DNA of 59,881 bases, counting the filler, from Barthelona sp. PAP020 (lineage: Eukaryota): NCBI GenBank assembly GCA_040182905.1. It is 4 parts of 4 records of this genome, joined end to end, with 100 filler letters (N's around TTAATTAATTAA, not from the genome) between each part and the next. Parts side by side here need not be neighbours in the genome. Positions count along the whole stretch, not along the records: positions 45,037 to 59,881 come from JARQWU010000295.1; 3 more parts are not named here. One strand, 5' to 3'. The translations under genes and the position numbers were made by a program. Under the pieces are notes generated by a model that was not told where the DNA came from, ran no database searches, and was given only the letters and a program-made list of their open reading frames with translations. Below, piece by piece: positions 53,463-59,881 of the stretch; the first letter of the stretch is position 1; every line of letters starts with the position of its first letter.

Positions 53463-54542
53463 ATGAATGGAAGATCAACGAATTCTTGGAACCAAAAATC
53501 AAAAAAGAAAAATGTGAATATATCGAATGTAAAAACGCCCAAATCGAAAACTTCTAATCAAACAAATAGAATGAGAAATAATCAACCTCGGCGCAGTATG
53601 TCAAAATCTGATGAATTAAAAGTTGAAACTTTAAGAAAAGCAGATGATTTTTCTGAATTTATTTCGAATTTAGAACCTTTAAGAGCATTAGATGATGGGG
53701 AGATATCGGAAAGAATTACAAAGAGTAGACAAATTCTATCTTCATTTGAGGATAATTTATTGTCTCAAAAGAAGTTCACAGAAGAGTTTTCGAAATTTGT
53801 TGACAATCAATCACATTTGACAAGGTTAGATCATAGTTTAAAAGAGTTAACCGTAATGTTAAATTCTTGTGAATCGTCTGAGACTTTGACAGATTTTTCG
53901 TCAATTTTGGCTAAATTAGAGATGTTTTTAAGATACAGTTTAGAAAGAAAGAATATAAACAATCAGATTGACGATAGTTCAGTTGCATCTGTTTTAGAAC
54001 AAACATACGAGGAGACAATCAAGAATCTAGAGCTTCAATTGAATCAAAAGGACAAAGTTATTGTCGACTTACAAACTAAAAGTCGTGGAATAACTCAGGC
54101 ACAACATGAATCTTTGAAAAACATGATCGTTCAAATGAGAAATATACAAAACAGAGCATCAGAAACAGAGTCATTGTTGCAAGAAAAGAATGATAAAATT
54201 GCTCAATTGAAAGCCAGAATTTCTGAATTAGAGAACAATGAAGGGGTGTTGAATGTAAATAGCCATGATCAAGATGATATTAGGACTCCAATATTGTCAA
54301 AGGAACCACCAAAACAATTAGATCAACGTAAATACATTGATATTACTGTTGAAGACAATCATGATGAGGAGGAAGATGATGGATATGTGTATAAGGTCTC
54401 TAGTTTTGAAGAAGATGATGAAGAAGAAGTAGAAGTAGAAGAAAACTTCAATAATCAGGAGCAAAATGAGGAAGATTTGAAGGAAGAAACAGAATCCGAA
54501 CCGGAATTGGATGAAACTTTGGATTCTGACATGGAATTTTGA
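53463..54542 (+). CDS. Hypothetical protein: basic N-terminus, coiled coil, acidic tail
   Basis: 359-aa ORF with ATG. Confidence 0.78.
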   Translation: MNGRSTNSWNQKSKKKNVNISNVKTPKSKTSNQTNRMRNNQPRRSMSKSDELKVETLRKADDFSEFISNLEPLRALDDGEISERITKSRQILSSFEDNLLSQKKFTEEFSKFVDNQSHLTRLDHSLKELTVMLNSCESSETLTDFSSILAKLEMFLRYSLERKNINNQIDDSSVASVLEQTYEETIKNLELQLNQKDKVIVDLQTKSRGITQAQHESLKNMIVQMRNIQNRASETESLLQEKNDKIAQLKARISELENNEGVLNVNSHDQDDIRTPILSKEPPKQLDQRKYIDITVEDNHDEEEDDGYVYKVSSFEEDDEEEVEVEENFNNQEQNEEDLKEETESEPELDETLDSDMEF

Positions 54543-54647
54543 GTTGATTCTTGAATGACATAAACAATAGATTGATAAATATTTGTGGAGTCATATTTAA
54601 ACATTGCAATCGTAAAATGGGTAAATTTAATTTTTATTTTTTTGTTT

Positions 54648-54770
54648 TTATTTCCAAGTTGAGAATCACTGTACGTATAAGTGAATAAGAAGGAATAGTG
54701 TTTACTTGGTTGGGAGGGTGAGAGACCATTGATTTGTTGATACTTTTAATTGTTCAAAAGTGAAAGTTGT
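54648..54770 (-). mobile_element. Diverged copy of repeat R terminus
   Basis: ttatttccaagttgagaatcactgtacgtataagtgaataagaaggaatagtgttta aligns to 29869-29985. Confidence 0.75.
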
Positions 54771-54956
54771 GACTTTAATATGAGTTTTCTGTTTTTTGTT
54801 TTTGTGTTAAATAATGTAGTGCTATCATAGCTGGTTCAATTAACTGTTCGTTTACGTTCAAAGGGTTGAAGCAATCAAATAATCAGATAAGAATTTTCAA
54901 AAGAAGAAAACAATAAAAAAATAAAAATAAAAATAAAAGATGAAAAATTATAATCC

Positions 54957-55459
54957 ATTATTTCCAAGCCAAGAAGCACTGTGCGTATGAGTGAATAATG
55001 TGGAAGTTCATGCTCAATGAACGGAATTTATTGGAGATATAAAGAGGTCAACAAATATCATTTCCGTAAGTTGTTATTTCTTGACCACCTTTAGGTCCAA
55101 TTTTTTAAGTTATTGGTCCAGTTGTGAAACAGCAATATTTGGTCCAGTTGTGAAACAACTATATTTATTTACAAAGAAAGTAAACTCAGAAAACTCATTC
55201 TAGCAAATTTCAGTCAAAATCCCAGGAGGGGAATTTAGGGACTGAAATGTAATTGGAACGATCAAGTAGGAGAATTTTGGAGAAATTCTTCATTCCTATT
55301 TTTTTGTATTTTTGCAAAAGCAAAATTTTAAAGTTTGAACTTTACCTTGGAAAAGCTAAAGTCTTTCAACAGATCAATGGCCTTGAAAACCTTTAACCAA
55401 ATAAGCACTGTTCTTTTTTATTCACTCATACGCACAGTGCTTCTTGGCTTGGAAATAAT
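54957..55459. mobile_element. MITE-like element bounded by a perfect 42-bp inverted repeat; contains the R copy 55139-55459
   Basis: 54957-54998 attatttccaagccaagaagcactgtgcgtatgagtgaataa is the exact reverse complement of 55418-55459; no ORF inside. Confidence 0.75.
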
Positions 55460-55603
55460 TAGTAATAACTTCTTTTTTTTGTTTAAATAAAAAATATGGA
55501 AGTTTATGCTCAATGAACGGAATTTATTGGAGATATAAAGAGGTCATCAAATATCACTTCCGTTATTTGTTGTTCTGAGTCACCTTTGGTCCAATTCTTT
55601 AAG
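55001..55603 (+). repeat. ~108-bp direct repeat pair (55001-55109 and 55497-55603), each preceding an R copy
   Basis: tggaagtt.atgctcaatgaacggaatttattggagatataaagaggtca shared. Confidence 0.9.
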
Positions 55604-55766
55604 CTAGTTGGGCATCTGAATCCAAGTGAGTTTTTCCCAAACCTTAAGCTCACTCGTTTCGTTGTTCACTGAACAACTCATACCTAATAAATATCTAATA
55701 AAGATTGCCCGAAAAATCTATTAGATTAATTAATAACAAAAATTTAATGAATTATTTGGTCAAGTT

Positions 55767-56050
55767 TTGGTCAAATTGTGAAACAACTATATTTATTTGC
55801 AAAGAAAAAGCAATCAGAGAAAACTCATTTCATTAAATCTCAGCCACGTCATCAAGTATGAAAATTTTTGAAAAAATATTCCATTCCCATTTTTTTGAAT
55901 TTTTGCAAAAGCAAAATTTTAAAGTTTAGACTCTATCTTAGAAAAGCTAAAGTTTTTCAACAGATCAATCGGGCCTTGAAAGCCTTTAGCCAAATAAACA
56001 CTATTCTTTTTTATTCACTCATACACACAGTGCTTCTTGGCTTGGATATA
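55767..56050 (+). mobile_element. Repeat R copy with internal deletion, abutting the ankyrin gene 3' end
   Basis: Aligns to 55139-55459; ends cacagtgcttcttggcttggatata. Confidence 0.8.
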
Positions 56051-56073
56051 AACATGTAACAACGCAAACCCAC

Positions 56074-57570
56074 TCACCAATCATCATCATCATCATCACT
56101 CTCATCACTGTCATCATCTTCCATCTCTTCATCAATATATTGACGCATATTACCACCATTCCTTTCATTAATGTCAATCAAATCCCAACATAAGTTGATT
56201 GACATGTCAAAATCTCTTTGATTCATGTAGACTCCATCAGTGACAAATTCTCGGATGATGACACTGTCTACCTTCATTTCAACAAGGGTTGATAAAAGAT
56301 AGCCCTCATTCTTTACCAATTCAATCAACTCAGATTTGGACAAATGCTCAAATTTCAAATCAACAGGCTCGCCACTCTTCAATTGTTGTTTTAAATTGGG
56401 ACAGCTCAAAATGCTGTATTTGTTCTTTTTCCATTGTTCATCACTTGTATGCAATCTGTTGAAAAATAACAGCATATCTTCACCATATAGGTTTATTTCG
56501 GGACAATCTAGAAGCATCTTGGCAACATCAAGATGACTTTTACAACAACTGACATACAATGGAGAAAATCCACAGTCCCTACACAAATTAACATCAGCTT
56601 CATGGTCCAAGAGCATTCTGGCAACATCAAGATAGCCTTTTTGACAACTGATGTACAATGGAGAAGCATTATCATCCCTACACAAATTAACATCAGCTCC
56701 ATGATCCAAGAGCATTTTGGCGACATCAAGATGATCATTATAACAACTAATGTACAATGGAGAGGTATTATCATTCTTACACAAATTAACATCAGCTTCA
56801 TGGTCCAAGAGCATTCTGGCAACATCAAGATAGCCTTTTTGACAACTGATGTATAATGGAGAAGCATTATCATCCCTACACAAATTAACATCAGCTCCAT
56901 GATCCAAGAGCATTTTGGCGACATCAAGATGACCTTGTTGACAACTGATGTACAATGGAGAAGCACCATCATTCTTGCACAAATTAATATCAGCTCTATT
57001 ATCCAAAAGCATTCTGGCAACATCAAGATGGCCTTTTTGACAACTGATGAACAATGGAGAAGCACCATCATTTACACACAAATTAACATCAGCTCCATGA
57101 TCCACGAGCATTTTGGCGACATCAAGATGACCTTTTTGACAACTGATGTACAATGGAGAAGTACCAACATTCATACTCAAATTAACATCTGCTCCATGAT
57201 CCAAAAGCATTTTGGCAACATCAAAATGATCATTTTGACAACTAACAAACAATGGAGAAACACCAGATATCACACTCAAATTAACATTAGCACCAAAATC
57301 CAACAAAAACTCAACAACTTCAAAATACCCATAAAAACAAGCTCCCCAAAGCGATGTCCTTCCTTCCTTGCCCTGTTTGTTCACATCAACGCCAACTTTG
57401 ATACACTGCTTGACAACATCAAGGTTACCATCACATGCTGCAGGATAGATCTTCTTTGGTCGACCATTATCTTCAAATCCATCCACATCGAACCCATCTG
57501 GAACAACAACTCGATCCATGTTATACTTAACATAAGGGTAAGTTTCCTCAACTGCAGTGTTAACAACCAT
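56074..57570 (-). CDS. Ankyrin-repeat protein (~10 repeats), no kinase, with unrecognised C-terminal domain and acidic tail
   Basis: Same repeat consensus and N-cap (VVVPDGFDVDGFEDNGRPKKIY) as 11241-13355; ATG at 57570 (MVVNT). Confidence 0.93.
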   Translation of the reverse strand: MVVNTAVEETYPYVKYNMDRVVVPDGFDVDGFEDNGRPKKIYPAACDGNLDVVKQCIKVGVDVNKQGKEGRTSLWGACFYGYFEVVEFLLDFGANVNLSVISGVSPLFVSCQNDHFDVAKMLLDHGADVNLSMNVGTSPLYISCQKGHLDVAKMLVDHGADVNLCVNDGASPLFISCQKGHLDVARMLLDNRADINLCKNDGASPLYISCQQGHLDVAKMLLDHGADVNLCRDDNASPLYISCQKGYLDVARMLLDHEADVNLCKNDNTSPLYISCYNDHLDVAKMLLDHGADVNLCRDDNASPLYISCQKGYLDVARMLLDHEADVNLCRDCGFSPLYVSCCKSHLDVAKMLLDCPEINLYGEDMLLFFNRLHTSDEQWKKNKYSILSCPNLKQQLKSGEPVDLKFEHLSKSELIELVKNEGYLLSTLVEMKVDSVIIREFVTDGVYMNQRDFDMSINLCWDLIDINERNGGNMRQYIDEEMEDDDSDESDDDDDDW

Positions 57571-57724
57571 TGTCGGCAAAAAAAAGAAAAACAAATATTT
57601 ATCATTTCTCTTTGGATATTCAATATTTATCCCTCAAATCAGGCCTTATTTTAATTTAGTGGTTGACAAAATGAAATTCGATGATTGATTGACTGGTTTG
57701 CGGAGAACTCTTCACAATATTTGT

Positions 57725-58310
57725 TAATTCTTACTTGAGATTTCCTTCTTCGAATTGATGCAGCGAATTAAGCTTTTGATATTGATTTAAACTTCGTGAA
57801 AATGTCCCACAATTATGAAAGTTTGTTATAATGATGTTTGTTCGAATGTTCTTTACAAAAGATATTGTTCCAATTTGTTTTTACCGATTTGTTGATGTAT
57901 TGATGGTATTGACATATTTTTACTCACGAAATTCACAAATTGAAAGTGCAAGAGCGGGATATGTGTTCATCAAATTTTCTTTCATTGAAAAAACCTTTTT
58001 CAATTCTTCAGTGAGAATTTCCAATGTTGTTAGTATGACAACCTTCAATTTAACTAATAAAAGTAACATCATTTATTGTTAATATTTTCACATCTTGTTG
58101 TTTTGGACTCCAACAACAGGTATCGTAATCTTAAGAAAGGATAAAAGTGGTATGATACTTTGGTCCAGCAATGACATAAACTAATTTACAGTGAAAGGAA
58201 ACCCAAAGATTCGCTTCAATAGATTTCAGCTAGAATTCAGCGCGTGAGAAATCCAGAGAAAACTTCCATTGTGTAGATCGATCCAGTTTGTATCTTTGAG
58301 AAAGAACTTC
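57725..58310. repeat. Conserved upstream block, paralogous to 13520-14105
   Basis: Colinear alignment by eye. Confidence 0.9.
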
Positions 58311-58334
58311 CATATTTTTGAAAAATAACCACAA

Positions 58335-58657
58335 TTGGTCCAGTTGTGAAATAACTAAATTTATTTACAAAGAAAGTAAACTCAGAAAACTTATTCCACC
58401 AAATTTCAGTCAAAATCCTAGGAGGGGAATTGAGGGACTGAAATGTAATTGGAACGATCAAGTGGGAGAATTTTGGAGAAATTCTTCATTCCCATTCTCT
58501 TGTCTTTTTGCAGAAGCAAAATTTTAAAGTTTAAACTTTACCTTAGAAAATCTAAAGTTTTTCAACAGACCAATTGGGCCTCGAAAGCCATTAATCAAAT
58601 AAACACCATTCTTTTTTGTTTACTCATACGCACAGTGCTTCTTGGCTTGGAAATAAT
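58335..58657 (+). mobile_element. Repeat R, ~320-bp copy
   Basis: Closely matches 55139-55459 along its length. Confidence 0.85.
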
Positions 58658-59279
58658 TATTAAAACTTTTGAAATATTGGCATTATTAAATTAACAAATT
58701 TTTTATTTCTTAATTTTCAATTCTACTTTTTCTTTAGCTACTTAATTGAAATGTTCTTGACGAATTTTTTGCAATTACTTTTTACAAACAAGCACAATTG
58801 TTTTACGCAAATTAACAATTCCTTCAAAATATTTACAATTTGTTATAAAAGCTTTAGACCTGAATGAATTTATGAATAGTGAATAAAAAAACAATGAATG
58901 TAAACAGCCTGATTAAAAATCTTTGTTAAAAAAGAAGGAATGATAAAAATTCTTCTTTGGTTGTCAAAAGTGAAATAAACAAAATATTTTTAATTCTTTC
59001 CGCAAATTATTTATTTTCGAGAAATTTCCTTAGGTTTAAACCAATCCATGCCGACTTTAAAAACCTTTTGACAAATAGGCCTACGTGCATAGAAAGTTGG
59101 TTTTTGTGACTGATCCTCGATTTTTAATAGCATAATTAGGGGCTTTAAAGAATTTGGGCAATAACATGCAGATATTTAAACATAGTAAAAATAAAACACT
59201 TCATATATTGGTTCTCAAAAGAAAAAATGAATAACGCGTGTTGTATAGGTGTAAAATTGGGTAAGCGGAAAGTGTTGGA

Positions 59280-59881
59280 TTAATTGTAGAGGGGATTTAA
59301 AAGTTCAACAATTTTGAAATGCGCTTTTGTTCTGGCAATATCTATCGGTGTCCATCTTTGTTGAAATCTAAGATTTACATTGGCCTTATAATCTAACAGT
59401 AGTTTAACAACATCAATACGACCATATTGACTACTGATATACAATGGAGAAGCACCGTTATTCTTGCATTTATTAACATTGGCGCCATGAGCCAAGAGCA
59501 TTTTGGATACATCAAAATGACCTTTTTCACAACTGACGAACAATGGAGAAACTCCATCATTATTACATAAATCAATGTCAGCCCCATGATCCAAGAGCAT
59601 TTTTGCGACATTCACATAACCTTTTTGACAACTGATATATAATGGAGAAGCACCAACACTTACACACAACTCAATATCAGCGCCATTATCCAATAGAACT
59701 TTGGCAATATCCAGTTGATCATTTTGACAACTAATGTATAAGGGTGAAACACCTTCATTTGTGCAAGAATTTACATCAGCGCCATGAGCCAAGAGCATGT
59801 TAACAACATCAAGATGGCCATTTTGACAACCAAAATATAACGGAGAAGCGCCATCTGTGGAACACAAATTGACATCAGCAC
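59280..59881 (-). CDS. Ankyrin-repeat family member, 3' part (runs off window end)
   Basis: At least 6 repeats of the same consensus; C-cap QRWTPIDIAR.K.H.KIV..L as in 11241-13355. Confidence 0.92.
   Translation of the reverse strand, partial: ADVNLCSTDGASPLYFGCQNGHLDVVNMLLAHGADVNSCTNEGVSPLYISCQNDQLDIAKVLLDNGADIELCVSVGASPLYISCQKGYVNVAKMLLDHGADIDLCNNDGVSPLFVSCEKGHFDVSKMLLAHGANVNKCKNNGASPLYISSQYGRIDVVKLLLDYKANVNLRFQQRWTPIDIARTKAHFKIVELLNPLYN

Noticed and set aside
56508..57654. Overlapping alternative-frame and antisense ORFs of 107-251 aa over the ankyrin genes (also 12171-12746)
   Set aside because: Shadow ORFs produced by repeat periodicity and codon bias
1..59881. Non-standard genetic code (TAR=Gln)
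   Set aside because: Conserved genes end at TAA, TAG and TGA at expected positions and long ORFs are open under the standard code

Overview
AT-rich, gene-dense eukaryotic (protist) nuclear DNA in the standard genetic code (TAA, TAG and TGA all end recognisable genes). A flagellated, intron-poor lineage such as a free-living metamonad would fit, but that is inference only. The window is four contigs joined by artificial N-TTAATTAATTAA-N spacers (about 15000, 29986, 44937), so adjacency across them means nothing. Most of it is compact housekeeping genes: NHE, V-ATPase H, Nup35, DNAAF4, MINDY, RBBP4, XMAP215, sirtuin, Prp6, PQ-loop, TBCA, phosphohexomutase, HID1, EMG1, Rubicon-like, FOP-like, BTB-MATH and MVD. 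The ORF track missed or truncated three spliced genes (YOS1, DAD1, RPL26; introns 34-68 nt) and missed an Arp2-like fragment. The accessory regions (11.2-15.0 kb and 54.6-59.9 kb) are the most interesting part. They hold four members of an ankyrin-repeat family with a fixed scaffold and variable binding-surface positions, an optional non-RD kinase module and two alternative C-termini. These genes sit among copies of a ~320-bp repeat that forms a perfect 42-bp terminal inverted repeat. All family assignments come from motif recognition by eye; no searches were run.
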